DNA of 64,000 nt from Guillardia theta CCMP2712 (taxonomy: Eukaryota > Protista > Cryptophyta): contig NW_005434665.1 in assembly GCF_000315625.1 (NCBI RefSeq), positions 384,848 to 448,847 on the forward strand, in the 5' to 3' direction. A program made the position numbers and the translations under genes. Position 1 is the stretch's first letter, and each line of letters begins with the position of its first letter. The notes under the pieces were generated by a model, which saw only the letters and a program-made list of their open reading frames with translations, was not told the DNA's origin and made no database searches. Shown here one piece after another: positions 50,412 through 62,600 of this stretch.

Positions 50412-50793
50412 GAACGCCGGGCCCTGAGGTGACAGGAATCCTCCTAGTGGAAGAGAACGAGAGGTGAAGGAAGCGTTTGCTCCGCATGCTCCACTCGCTG
50501 ACATGCTGGCGGCAGTGAATTCCTTTACATCACCGAGCAATCTACAGGCATGATATACCGTGTATCTGTGGAAGACATCTAAACGCAAACATCTCTCAAC
50601 TTCTTCCGATCGTCTCGTCTCCCCCTCCTTCGACTTTACCTTTTCCACCTTCTTTGCATCAGGGTCTCTACTTTCCCCTTGCATCTAGCCAGCACCATCC
50701 TATCTTCACCCGTCTTCACCTTCTTCTACTCCTGCATCCTTCACCGTCTCAGACTTCACCTCCTCCTCTCAGTCTCCTTCTCCTCCGCATCCT

Positions 50794-53700
50794 TCAATCC
50801 TTGACGAAGTACATCCGTCTCAGCAACTTATCCATCGCACATCTTATCTCGTCGATGTCATCTTGGAAGAAAGAGTTCAAATCCCTCCCAGCTCCCAGCG
50901 AGTCTGCCATGGCGCAAACAAAGATCCCGCAAGAGCAGCTGTCCTGTTGCATGGGTATCTGCGACCAGCACATGCTCAGAGAGTCTTCCCTGGTCTCTTG
51001 AACCACCACCAGCACGTACCTGTTCGTTCCCCACGTAGTTCTTCTTCCACAGCTCCCTGCTCCATCCCCGCGCGTCCCACTCGTGCTGAACAAACGCTGC
51101 CGCAAAGGCGTCAACTCGGCACTCGCATGCTGGCATCCTTGCCTTCCATGACGCTCAGCCACAAGGCAGGAGTCAAGTTCATCGAGTCGTACAACCTGAC
51201 GAGGTCGCGATCAGTTGCGAGTGAGTGAGGGAGGGAGTGAGTGAGGGAGGGAGTGAGGCAGTGAGGGAGGGAGGGAGGGAGGGAGTGAGTGAGTGAGTGA
51301 GGGAGGGAGGGAGGGAGGGAGGGAGGGAGGGGAGGGAGGGGGGGGGTTCGTCCCCGAGAGTTCCACCAACCTTATCGTCAGAGCCTCCAGGTCGACCACT
51401 ATCATGCTCCAGTGCGTCCCTTCCGCTGCCTTCTTGTCAAACGTCACGTTGACGGGGATGACGACCCGTTGGTAGTGGCTCCACGTTGCAGGATCGAAGC
51501 AGCTCCTCAGCTCGCGGTGGATCTCAGTGTCTTTCTGCCATGATCGGGGCGTCAGCACATGCCATCCCACAGCAACTTGGTCGAGTTCTGCGCGTCTTGT
51601 CTCACAACAAGGACACGTTTGCACATCACGACATCGAGACGATCGCCTCCCTGTCTCACCTCTCCTGCATTCCTGCCGAGCAGCAACTTGGTGAAGAAGT
51701 GCGTCGAAGCGAAGTATGTCCCCCTTCGTCCATCGCTCGTGGCGCTCGATTCCGGAGCAGCAGCCGTTGCTCCAGGTCTCTTCCCCTCCCGCAAGATCAG
51801 CAGCTGTAAGTAAGCATCGATGATCTGGTCCTTCAACCAGCGGCCAGGCAGCAGTCCCTTCAGGTCCTCCTCTCTCAACTCCACGGTCGTGATCTTGTTC
51901 TTCAGTCCCCCCTCCTGCAATGCTGCTACCAGCATCCCCCTCGTATACTTCAGGCTCCCCACCCACTCCTGCAGGAACAGACAACTCGAAGAATCACCAG
52001 AGTCCCAGTCCATTCCTGCTCCCGCCGTCCAGTCCCTTCCTACCAACCCCATCCTGTCTATTCCCTCTGCCTCCCTACCCACAGCACCATCCGCATCCAG
52101 CAAGTCAGCCGTTCGCTTCCTCCCCTGAGATTCTTGAGCCCGTCCTGCAGCCTCCTCTTCCTCCTCCTCCTCCTCCTCCTCCTCCTCCTCCTCCTCTCGG
52201 TTCTCTCCCTTCTCCTTCGCTCCACCGTACGGGCAGGTTCGAGCATTGTGCCCCACGTACCCGCACTTGCTGCACCTGTTAAATCTCCTTCCTTCATACT
52301 GCTCCTCTTCTAGATCTGCCACTACCTGACTGCGCCTCTTTCGGATGCGGATCCGAGGTTCGCCAGGACGCGCCCGCGTACGTCGAGCCTGGTACTTGGG
52401 GTGGTGGTAGCCTCCTCTGCTGGGCACTGTAACATCCTTCATGCTCGGAATGTACCCCAGAAGAGACTCAGGATCCTCCACTGCCTTGATCAGCGACTGA
52501 CACAACCAGACTTCGTCGTAGAGCTGCTGGACCAACTTCCCTCCCCCCCGCTCCCCGCGCTCCTCTCGCATCCGTTGGAACGCCGCAATGGCATGCGAGC
52601 AAGGCCTGGTGGTCAGCTGCCAGTGCGTGCAGGAGCAGAACTTGTCCGACAGGTTGACGTTGAAAGTCTCTGACGAGCCGTCGTCCATGGTGGATCGGAT
52701 GCGAACTAACTTGGGGCAGGAAGCACTCCCGACCACCTGCAGCCTGGGATAGATCCTCTCGTTCTCCCTGTACTCCTTGGCAATGTCGTCTGAGACGAAG
52801 ATCGCCTCCTCCCCCGCCTCCATCTTGAGCAGGATGTTGGAGTACAGCTCATGGATCCTCTGCAGCGAGCTCATCCAAACCTCCGCCATTGCCTGGAAGA
52901 AGTTGAGGGGGTGCGAGGTCTTGCCCATGGCGGCCCGGAGTCTCGGGTCCTGTCGCTCAGTGAAATGAATCTTTCGGATCCCATACGTCCTCACAGCCTT
53001 GATGGTGACCGAGCTCCCTTCCTCGTCTGTCACTGGGACCTTGGCCAACGCGTACGTGGCCTGGAAGCAGCCGTCCCGGTCAGACTTGTCACAGTACCGG
53101 GGGAGAGGAGGAAGAGGAGGAAGAGGAGGAAGAGGAGGAAGAGGAGGAGGTGGTGGTGGTGGTGGTGGTGCTGGAGGAGGAGGAGGGTCAGGACGTGGAC
53201 AAGGACGTGGACAAGGAAGGGGAGAGGATTCGGAGCAGCGTACCCAATGGATGGGAGCTATGCTCTGGATGTACTTCACGGCACTACCGTTCTGCTGTGC
53301 GAGCAGGTCGAGAGCATCTTGAAAGTCCTTGACAGTCCTCGCGGCCTGCCGGGCCTCAACTGTCAGCCCAAGGAGCGGCCGGCAGCAGTATATCCACCTG
53401 AGCCCTTAGGACGAGCGCCTCCTGGGACGTGATGCCCGATTGGAGCAGCGGCTCCTTGCAGTCTACTCCAACAAACGCTTCACACTTCCCACACCACCCT
53501 CCTCACTCGGTTCACCTTCACAGTGCCTCCGCAAGCTGGACAGAAGATGGCGCCCGCAGTACACGACGTCAGCATGCGGCAGCGACTTCTCGACCCCTTC
53601 TAGAATGCCAGAGCCCCTGTCGGTCAGGATTGTCAGGCTCCCCGAGCTAGGGGCCAGCCAAGGGCCCAGCGTCGATCGTTTCAACTCCTCCCACATGAAG

Positions 53701-55045
53701 CACGCGTTCTCCGTGGTGCCGCCTTCTACAATCTCTTCCTCAGTCTTCCAGCTCGGAAACACGCCCACAGCTGCTGGAAGGATTGTTCCGTCGGGCAGAT
53801 AGGCTTCTATCACCATGGCCCTTCCGGAGAACCAGCGGTGGCCGAAGGTACAGAAGTTCTAGGAGGTCGAGTCAGCGACCAGGGGCGAGAGGAAGGAGGA
53901 GCAAGCATCACAGTTACCTGACCGAGCAGCCGCAGCCCGCACTGCTGGACCAGGTGGAGTACCGTTCCGTTGGCGAAGAAAGTCCGTCGGAACACAACCT
54001 TGGAGTCATCGGGAACTTCGGGCAAGGGAGGCTCTGCGACAAACACGCTGCCTTTGTTGAGCTTGACGTACTCCGACATCCAGGATGGAAGCACCTTGAA
54101 AGAGTCCTTGTAGTCTTGCCACGAACCGAGCTCAATCTGTTGGCGGGCGTCGTAGATCACGTCGAGGGTAGCGCTAATGTTGTACTCCGTTTCCAGCTTA
54201 GCTTGCAGCTCCTTGGCAGTCAGACGGTCACCTCGGCCGCTTCCTCCCACGTCGTCGGACTCCATGGTCTCCACCAGGGAGCGGAAGGACTTGTTCTGCA
54301 ACAGGAAGGAGGTAGTGGCCTTGGCTCGCGACTCGCACACTGTCGCATCGTGGCACATGTTGCTCCTCTTCGCATCGATCCAGAAGAAGGAATCGGCGGG
54401 ATCCATAGTCCGCTTCTTCCTGATCAGCAGGAAGTACTTACACTCTGGGGAGGTACACCTGATGTTGTATCCCCGCATGCCGTGCATGCCGGTCACGTGG
54501 CTGGCCACTTGCCTGTTGCCATGCTTCATATTGATCTCCTTGATATAGGCGGTGCAGTCCGGCCTCCGTTTCCACTTGCGACCCTGAAAGAAGGCAGCGT
54601 GATCGAGCGTTTCTGTCGAACTCTCCTCCCGCTGCTGCGCTTCCTCGAGCGGGTTTCTCTGCTGCTCCGAGTATCTCCTCTGCAAGACCTCCGTGCCGGA
54701 AGGCGGGTCCTCGTCCAACACTAAAACGTCCGAACTGTCATCATCATCCGTATCCTTTGCGATGCTTTGGTGGGTCTGACCTTCCAGTCCCGCTTGCTGA
54801 CCCCTGTCAGCGTCGATGGTGGCTTGCATGTCTCTGCGACGGACATTCGACGGCACAATGGTCCGATACAAACGTGCGACGGGGTCACCTATCCCTTCCT
54901 CCGGCGAGTACTTCCAGCAGCACTGGGCATATCCATGCTCGATCAACCCGATGATCGGCATCGTCGCTTCTATACACAACTCCTCGCGCAGGCGGGCGAC
55001 CATCACATGTAGATGCGGCACCTCCTCCTGCTCAGCCGCCTCCAT
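50794..55045 (-). mobile_element. Mutator-like (MULE) transposase gene fused to Ulp1/C48 protease (Kaonashi-like), spliced, no TIRs seen
   Basis: IRCTSPECKYFL (MuDR Zn-ribbon), ILTDRGSGI...YCGRHL, SWIM CSC..WQ....PCSHAIA, knuckle RCSKCGYVGHNARTC. Ulp1 part: WLKDQIIDAY, STHFFTKL, THWSMIVVD, QQDSCSCGIFV. Confidence 0.88.
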
Positions 55046-56847
55046 GGCAGATTTGAGGAGCCCTAAAAACTAACAGGAATATTATGAAGCTGCAGTACAA
55101 CGAGCCAGTACCGCATAGTGTATTTATCCCCTACTACCTCTAATCTTGTACCGCACTTATTTAATTACCCTCCAAAACAGTTACAAGCCGTTTCAAAACG
55201 TCTTCCTTCCAATCTCGATTCCCCACTAGATTTACTCAAAGTTAAGTTAAAGATCAGTACGAGGACCAACAATCGTCCTGACCCCTGACTTGAGTAATAA
55301 TTCAACGGAGAATCCCGAGTCACCGCCCTCCAACCCACGGGCCTCGGAGCAAAAGATATTTTCCGGCCGGAGGTACATTTCTTTTATACCTTTATATATT
55401 TTATACTCACTTTTTTGGAGCTCATGTGCGCATGTGCCCCGGAAGGCCCATGACTCAAAATCTCGCCGATAGGGACCCCCTCATCTCCCTTTGACCACCC
55501 CCATGTTTTATAGGCTCGGAACATAGGCTCCGCACGGAGCCTCCGGGCAATGGTGCTAAAAGCAATGCGCCGTGCCATCGGGCGATATTTCGGAAATGGC
55601 CGGTTCCTGCTCGACTGACAACCCCAGGGGTCGTCAAACTCGTAGGTTATTAGTGGGGTGGTAACTTCTTCGGGAGGCGGCCGAAACAGAACGTTTCGGT
55701 TGACCCCTGTAGTCACAAGCGGATGAATCCGAAAAAGGAGATATTCGATACCCAGGTACAGAAAACAGAAAATCGATTTTAAACATTTTCCTCCGGTACT
55801 ATGAGTTTTACTCAAGTAATCCTGTTCTTGTCTTGGAATTATTTCAAATTATTCATGATAGTTTCAATTGTTCCAGCGAACAAACCTGACTTTTCTCCGA
55901 ATACTGATGCTACAGTGACGTGATTTGCTGACGCACCACAAGATATGATCATTATAATCCTCTACCGAGACTCCGAAGACACCTACCCCACCCATTCTGT
56001 CCTGATGTTTGCTGTACAGAGACCTCCTTCAAATGGCGATAGATCTATGATATGGCAAATCATGTACTTCCTTCAATTATGAAATATCTGACCTCCATTG
56101 TTCTTTCAACGCTGTGTCCCCAATGAACGTCAGGAGGGGTACCAAACATGTTTGAAATCAAGGGCATCGGATGCTCCGATTGCCCTACCATGAAAAGTAC
56201 CTACCTGCGGACCCTTTCCCCTTGTCTACCCGTACTTATCAGTCTAAATACCCCACCCTAATCACCAAGATTCCACTACCACCCCGTACCTTTGAAAAAT
56301 CACGATTTTTTTAACTTATCACCTCTCATTTGGAAGTTTGACGACTACCCCCACCCTCAACGACGCAAAAACACCCCTGTCCACCCCACCCTCGGAAAAT
56401 CTTGGTACCGCACCCTCTCATGTCAGCGTATCGTGCTGTTTACCACACGAAATGACCACCCACCCCTTGACACCCACTTAGTATGATCGTGTGCTTCCAA
56501 GACACCCCCACCACCTCTTGTGTGATATCCATCTTTTGGACCCACCCCTCATCGTGATATCCACCATGTCTCTCAATATCCGTACCCTACCCGTTTCTAT
56601 CCTCCCTATTGACTTCCATCTGTACCCCAACCCCTTCCTACCCTGCCCCCGTCCCCCCTTCCCGCCCTGCGTGCACTCGCATACCTGTCCTTGCTCCTCC
56701 TCCTCCTCCTCCTCCTCCTCCTCCTCCTCCTCCTCCTCCTCCTCCTCCTGCTCCTGCTCCTGCGCCGCTGGACCTTCAATATCCCGTCTTCTCCATTCCA
56801 GCCTCGTATCTGTGCGGCGAGGTTCTCTCGGCGGGTATTTTGCGATC

Positions 56848-59727
56848 ATGTCTCCTGCAAAGAAGCAGCGAACGGAGCAAGCTGAGGAGCTGGCATCTTC
56901 TGAAGGATCGTATTCCTCTTCGCCCATGTACGAAGATGAGGGAGAGGAGTCTTTTCCGATGGCGGCAGAGAGTGGGGAGCGAGTGCCGTTTTTCCACCGG
57001 TCACCCTCATCTCCGGAACAACAGGCTGCCTCACAATCTCCTGTGGAATGGGAATCGCACAAAAGAGATGTTGCGTTTGATCAGGCGACTAAAGTAGAGG
57101 ACGTGGGAACAGCTCACGTCAGTGACTTTGCAAGCGATGATCCTAGTGTGAAGGACCAGCAGTTTCCGCTCCTCCGCAATTGTTTTGACTCGTTTGATGA
57201 GTTTGACTTCAGTTTTAGTGATGATCTCGAGAGAATGCTGGCGTTTGCTCTTGGCACGCATTCGAGAGCAGGAAACAACTCTTTTGTACGACTTCTTAAC
57301 AGCAATGTGCTGCAAATGATTCTATGCTGCGAGCTCACGATTGGTCCAACAAGATATTACAAAACTCTCAGGAGTGCTTTGTCGTGTGGGTCAGCGAAGT
57401 GCGCAGCTTTGGTCAAAATCTATGTTGATCCCGGTCTGCACATGCTGGAGGCGGAGGCAGAGGTCAAAGAGCCAACTCGTCTCATCATTCGGAGTCTGGC
57501 GCCACCTGAAGCGTCAGGAGAGAAAACAGTGTTCTCTAGCTTGCAGGGTCGGCCGCTTCTGCGAGTGTCATGTTCCGATGCTAAGGTGCACGTCAGCGAT
57601 GTAGACTTTATCTTCAGACACGATGGACCTTCTACCACGGACTTGAAGCAGAGGTGTATTTGGGTTACAGAGGGCAAGCTGTTGCTACAGCGCTGTGGCA
57701 TCACCTCGGATACTGGGATTGGAATCTGTGTTCTGAGGAGTGGCGTGGTTCGAGTTGATCAATGCGAGATTTCAAACTGTGGGTTTGTTGGTATCGCATC
57801 CGCGCAGGGGGGGGTTGCAGAAATCGTGAACAGGTGTAAGATTTCGGGCAACAGACATTTTGGTGTCCTTGCAACCGACTCAGGATCTTCGTCGATGATA
57901 CAAGATAGTGAATTCACTGGCAATGGTACTTATGGTATCGGTGTTGGGGCAGGGGGGCAGCTCAAGGCTTTGAACTGTGAGATTTCGAACAATCAAGTTG
58001 GAATAATTTCGAAAGGCTTCGGTTCGCATGTAAGCCTTCGTGATTGCAAGATAAACAGGAATAGTAGAATCGGTGTCGGCGTCAGGGAAGGTGCATCAGC
58101 CATGGTGCAAGGCTGCCAAATGCAAAGGAATCTGTATGGTGCTTGTGTTTCGAACTACGAGTCAATCATTTCATTGCACAAGAGTGATTTGAGCGAGAAC
58201 CTTACTCATGGACTTGGTGCAAGCGATGGTGGGACTGCGGAAGCATTCTTTTGCACGATGCAGGGCAACCAAGTTGGTGTGGTTTCAAAGGGTCAGGGCT
58301 CAACAGTTCTGCTTAATTCATCCAAAGCAAACAAAAATCTTCGGATTGGTGTTGGCATTCGTGAAGCTGGCAAGGCAAAGTGTGTCCAGTGTGAGATGGT
58401 TGAGAACCAGTATGGGGTCTGTGCATTGAATTATGGCGCATCAGTGTCCTTATTGAAATGTGTAGCAAGCCAGAATGAGCGCTATGGTCTGTCATCCAGT
58501 GATGGGGGGTTTGTCCAAGCAACAGATTGCCTCTTCGAGAACAATTTACAACTTGGTATTGGTGCATGGCATTCGGAGTCGCGGGTAGTTCTGGTCAGGT
58601 GTACAGCAAGAAGGAATGGTCGCACCGGACTTGCATCAAGAGTCGGAAGTAACGTTGTAGCAACAGATTGTGCTTTCAATTCGAATCAACAATTTGGGGT
58701 GTATGTGTCTGGGGAAAGCTCTGTAATCACTTTGAAGAATTGTGCAGCAAACTCAAACGGACTGTATGGAGTCGGTTGTAGTGAGGGCGGTCTTGCACAG
58801 GCAGCAGATACGGTGCTGGACAAGAATCAGCAGGCAGGTGTGGTGGCGAAGGATGCCGGGTCTGCCGTAGCCCTAAGAAATTGCAATGCCAGCTCAAATG
58901 GTCGCATTGGTGTTGCTGCGATAGTTGGAGGGCATGTCGAAGCCGTTGGTTGCACTTTAAAACACAACGAAAGGGTTGGTATTGGGGCTTGGCATGCAGG
59001 CTCAAAGGTCACTCTATTGAAGAGCGAGGCTTCTGAGAACGGAGCAACAGGAATCAGTGCGATCGATGGTGGTGTGTTGCGTGCTGTGGAATGCAGCGTC
59101 ATTGCGAACAGGAGAGTTGGGGTGGTTGCAAGGGATGGAAATTCAGTGATTTCGATGCACAAATGCATTTCGAACAGGAATGGTCGGATAGGTGCAGGTG
59201 CGAGAGGGCAGGGAAGTATCGAAGCTGTCGAATGCTTTCTCAGCGACAACGTCCAATCCGGCGTGGTTGCTCAAGACGAGGGATCAAAAGTAGCGCTGGT
59301 ACAATGTTCTTTGGAAGGGAATGGCAGCTTTGGCATTTCAGTTCGCTCTGGTGGACTTGCTGAGATGGTGAGCTGCATGATTCGAAACAACATGTGTGCA
59401 GGAGCGTACGCTTGCCATGTTAACTCACGTGTTGCAATGTGGTGGTGCAACACTCTCGACAACGGTCCTACCGTACTGAACTCCCGGGATGGCTGTGTGG
59501 TCAAGATTTTTGATTCTCCGTTACAAGGCAGCTACAAGGTGATTCAAGATACCCCATGCGACATGGAAGGTGCTGCGTCTCTGGGATGTCAAAGCAGCGT
59601 GGTCGACCTCGCGTACCCTGAGTTTGTCCATTCTTACCAGATCTCCGGCAAGTCTCATTCCAAGTTGATATATGACGCGTTCTTCCGAATACTGCAAGAG
59701 AATTTTCAACGCGTGGGTGTCAAGTAG
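56848..59727 (+). CDS. Intronless right-handed parallel beta-helix (PbH1) repeat protein with F-box-like N-terminal motif
   Basis: About 23-aa N...G(V/I)...G......C repeats over ~600 aa; LAFALGTHSRAG..S.VRLL...VLQMIL motif. Likely ATG at 56848 (MSPAKKQR). Confidence 0.8.
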   Translation: MSPAKKQRTEQAEELASSEGSYSSSPMYEDEGEESFPMAAESGERVPFFHRSPSSPEQQAASQSPVEWESHKRDVAFDQATKVEDVGTAHVSDFASDDPSVKDQQFPLLRNCFDSFDEFDFSFSDDLERMLAFALGTHSRAGNNSFVRLLNSNVLQMILCCELTIGPTRYYKTLRSALSCGSAKCAALVKIYVDPGLHMLEAEAEVKEPTRLIIRSLAPPEASGEKTVFSSLQGRPLLRVSCSDAKVHVSDVDFIFRHDGPSTTDLKQRCIWVTEGKLLLQRCGITSDTGIGICVLRSGVVRVDQCEISNCGFVGIASAQGGVAEIVNRCKISGNRHFGVLATDSGSSSMIQDSEFTGNGTYGIGVGAGGQLKALNCEISNNQVGIISKGFGSHVSLRDCKINRNSRIGVGVREGASAMVQGCQMQRNLYGACVSNYESIISLHKSDLSENLTHGLGASDGGTAEAFFCTMQGNQVGVVSKGQGSTVLLNSSKANKNLRIGVGIREAGKAKCVQCEMVENQYGVCALNYGASVSLLKCVASQNERYGLSSSDGGFVQATDCLFENNLQLGIGAWHSESRVVLVRCTARRNGRTGLASRVGSNVVATDCAFNSNQQFGVYVSGESSVITLKNCAANSNGLYGVGCSEGGLAQAADTVLDKNQQAGVVAKDAGSAVALRNCNASSNGRIGVAAIVGGHVEAVGCTLKHNERVGIGAWHAGSKVTLLKSEASENGATGISAIDGGVLRAVECSVIANRRVGVVARDGNSVISMHKCISNRNGRIGAGARGQGSIEAVECFLSDNVQSGVVAQDEGSKVALVQCSLEGNGSFGISVRSGGLAEMVSCMIRNNMCAGAYACHVNSRVAMWWCNTLDNGPTVLNSRDGCVVKIFDSPLQGSYKVIQDTPCDMEGAASLGCQSSVVDLAYPEFVHSYQISGKSHSKLIYDAFFRILQENFQRVGVK

Positions 59728-60512
59728 TTAAGATAGTTGAGAATTAATTCTTCATAAATTCTTTCTGGAGCTTCACGATTGGCAACCCTTCAATGAACTA
59801 CGCTTTATCAGTTGCTTAATGGCTGCATGTCATTGCTCGGCCTGAGGCGGCGGCGCTTCAAGTCTCTCAGAGTCTGGCCGCCCAGTGAGGCCGCACGCGG
59901 CCGACGACACGGCGGCGGGCCGCTGCCGGCCGGGCCGGCGGGCCGGCGCGCAGCCCGGATCATAGGCAGTGGGCCGCTTTTACTCTCCATAGAACTTGTG
60001 ACTTGGCATCAAGCCCCGGGCCGCTCGGACAGCCGCTCAGGGCCGGGCCGCACTGTAGTCGGACCAACCGGCCGTTTACTCAACCGGCAGTACTCCCAAG
60101 TTGCCAGTGACGGTCAGAGTGACGGTCCCGGGCCGGCGCGGATGTTCGCACCGGTCGAATCTCACAAATGGTGGGGTAGTTTCGGGCCTAGAAGGTGGGG
60201 TGATCGCCACCATTTACGAGAGTAGGGTGAATAAATGATCATATGGGGGGTAGTGGGGAAGGAGGGGGTACATAACGGGTACAAGCGGGGATGAGGTCAA
60301 AGTCCGATGACTCCTGAGGAACTGCGAAGAGGCAGTGCGAAGAGCCATTCTGACGAGGGGAACCAAGGGGGTAGGGGTACAAAAGATGGGGTATTTCTTG
60401 CAATAACCCGTATTTATGAGGTCCAATATCTCTAATAAGTGACGGGTATTATGCATAAAGAGTGGGTGATGGTTGTAAGGTTGCTGTTCCGGGTAGGGTA
60501 GGGTTTGAGGGT

Positions 60513-60520
60513 ATAAAAAG
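60513..60520 (+). promoter_or_regulatory. Candidate TATA box of the micro-gene at 60808
   Basis: TATAAAAA about 40 bp upstream of a GTGAGC donor. Confidence 0.45.
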
Positions 60521-60807
60521 AACAGCCAACAGGCAAAGCTCAACGCGGCCCGACCGGTGAGCATGGACGCTGCAGGATGTGTTGATGCATGGAGACGTAC
60601 TTTGGGGTTGAGAAGAACAAAGCAACATCATTGAATGATCTTGATATGCTCTATGTTATTGCGGCTCATAGATTTTAGAGTTGATGGAGGTGAACTTCAC
60701 TGTGTTTTATGCATATGTCATGGTTCAGTGTTGTTTGATTTCAGTGTTGTTTGAAATCTACGTTGTCCATCACTGTAAGATAGCATTACTGACATTTTCC
60801 TGCAGAA

Positions 60808-60909
60808 ATGTTCTCCCAGACCAAGCAGCAGACCTCCCAGCTCTGGATGTGGCGCATGGAGTACCTCCACCACGAGCAGCGTCCCCTCTACTTCGGTGAA
60901 TGGTTCTAA
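60808..60909 (+). CDS. 33-aa peptide MFSQTKQQTSQLWMWRMEYLHHEQRPLYFGEWF
   Basis: ATG 3 nt after the acceptor ctgac...cctgcag; almost all third positions are C/G. Confidence 0.55.
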   Translation: MFSQTKQQTSQLWMWRMEYLHHEQRPLYFGEWF

Positions 60910-61151
60910 GCAGTGACAGTTGTCTTTCTGCAATTGTAGCTATCTCTCATTTTATTCGTTAAAAATGAATAACATTCACTGAGAAATGCATGATGTGAAG
61001 TGATGTGCAAAAACTAATGTATACCTCTGTGTTCACTATTTGCATTTATCTGTTAAACTGGCTGGATACATGCCATCCGCTCCAGAACACAAGTGCAGAC
61101 TCACTCTTACGAAGGTGTATGCAACGATATAGTTGTCTGGTACAGTTCTTT

Positions 61152-62600
61152 CTTTACTCCCAGTAGTTGACACCGCCGCATCTATCATAGAGGCATGCTT
61201 GCTCTGGGTCTGACGCATTAGAAATCATCCTCTCAGCAAAGGGCTTCAGTTCGCCATCATCCTTCCAAACCTGGCAAAAGACAGCGTCACAAGGAACATG
61301 CTGTTGGACAGGCATTTGCTCACCTTCGGGTAGTTATGGGATGCATCGGGAACCCACGACTTGTAGTTGTGAGGGGCAAACCTGCAGGCGTGTCAAGTGA
61401 AGCATGCGCACCCGGGAGCCAAACCCTGAAGTAGCTGCTTCCGAGTACCCACAGACAGCCTGCCATACTCCCATCACTATAGCGTTTCGATGCAGCTGAT
61501 GGTGAACCGGTCCAGCGGAGGCAAACTGGGGGTCGTCAGGGTCCATTCCTGGCCTCCACAGGCCCGTGGGTTGCACATAGCTGGTACCATGAGCATGGAG
61601 AAGGAAGCGAGAGGAGAGCAGAGAAACAGAGGAGGACAGGAGGAGGGAGGAACAGGAGGAGGGAGTAGATGCAAGACAAGAAAATTAGTGGGGGAAACGA
61701 ACCGAACAAGTGCTGCTCACGGTACGGCCGTTCCTGGGATGGGGGCCATTGCCCGGTAGGTTCCGTTCTTTCTCCTCTCCTCCTCATGAATCGCCTGGAA
61801 AAGACATCAGACGAGGGCGAGGTGGTTGCGCACTTGCCCATTGAGGTTTCTCGGTTTCTTGCAGCAAACGGTCCAACAAAGCACTATGAGTCGCTTGCTT
61901 GCTCGGGCCCCTCACCACTACGCTCTCCAGGTACTCCTTGCTGATCCCTGTCAACGACAGCGCAGTCAAACATTGCAGGTCAAAGGAGGGTCAAGAGGAG
62001 GCCCAACCGAAGTTGGTCATGGTCTGTGAATAATTGGTACTTTCGCCGGTCATGCTCCTGTTTAATGCCAGGCTCTGGAGGGCCTCTTGAAGCTCTTTCT
62101 TTTCTTCTTCTTCAGCCTTGGACTTAGTCGTATTGATGAACTCATCAGAATCACTGGAGTCCCAGCTGAAAGTGTCTTGCTTCTCCTTTGCTGGTTCCAC
62201 AAAGTTCTCTTCGTCGCTACGTTCGTATTCTCCCTCCTTCCATTCGTGCAACATCCACTTTTCACTCTTGTAGACGTCACTTCCGGCCCCGCGTAATGTC
62301 AACGCCCTCGTTACATGAAACGATCTCAAGTGTATGCTGAAAGCATCATTCACAAAGATGGCAGAAAGCGACGCTGTGGTAAGAATCAGCGATCGTTTCA
62401 GAGCTGCGAGCCTTGCTTACCATAAAATATCAGTCGACACACTCCAAGGTTCGTCATTGACTTATGTGATTTCTTCAACATTGGTTTGGTTGACCCGAAT
62501 TTCTTTCACCTAATCCAGCATGCAAGGAAAGAACTTCCACTGTCGAACAGGATATCCGGAAACCAACGAGCCTCAAACTAGATCAAGGAGGATGAGAACC
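61152..62600 (-). CDS. Spliced hypothetical protein
   Basis: Exons with GT-AG borders (TLRGAGSDVYKSEKW..., VWKDDGELKPF...YWE*). No family recognised. Confidence 0.4.

Noticed and set aside
55060-56450. TIRs/TSD for the MULE; ORF 55384-55815
   Set aside because: No matching inverted sequence found by eye near 50410-50790; the ORF has no recognisable motif.
56491-56847. N-terminal extension of the 1078-aa ORF
   Set aside because: GTG start running through TACCC-rich and (TCC)n sequence; ATG 56848 is more plausible.
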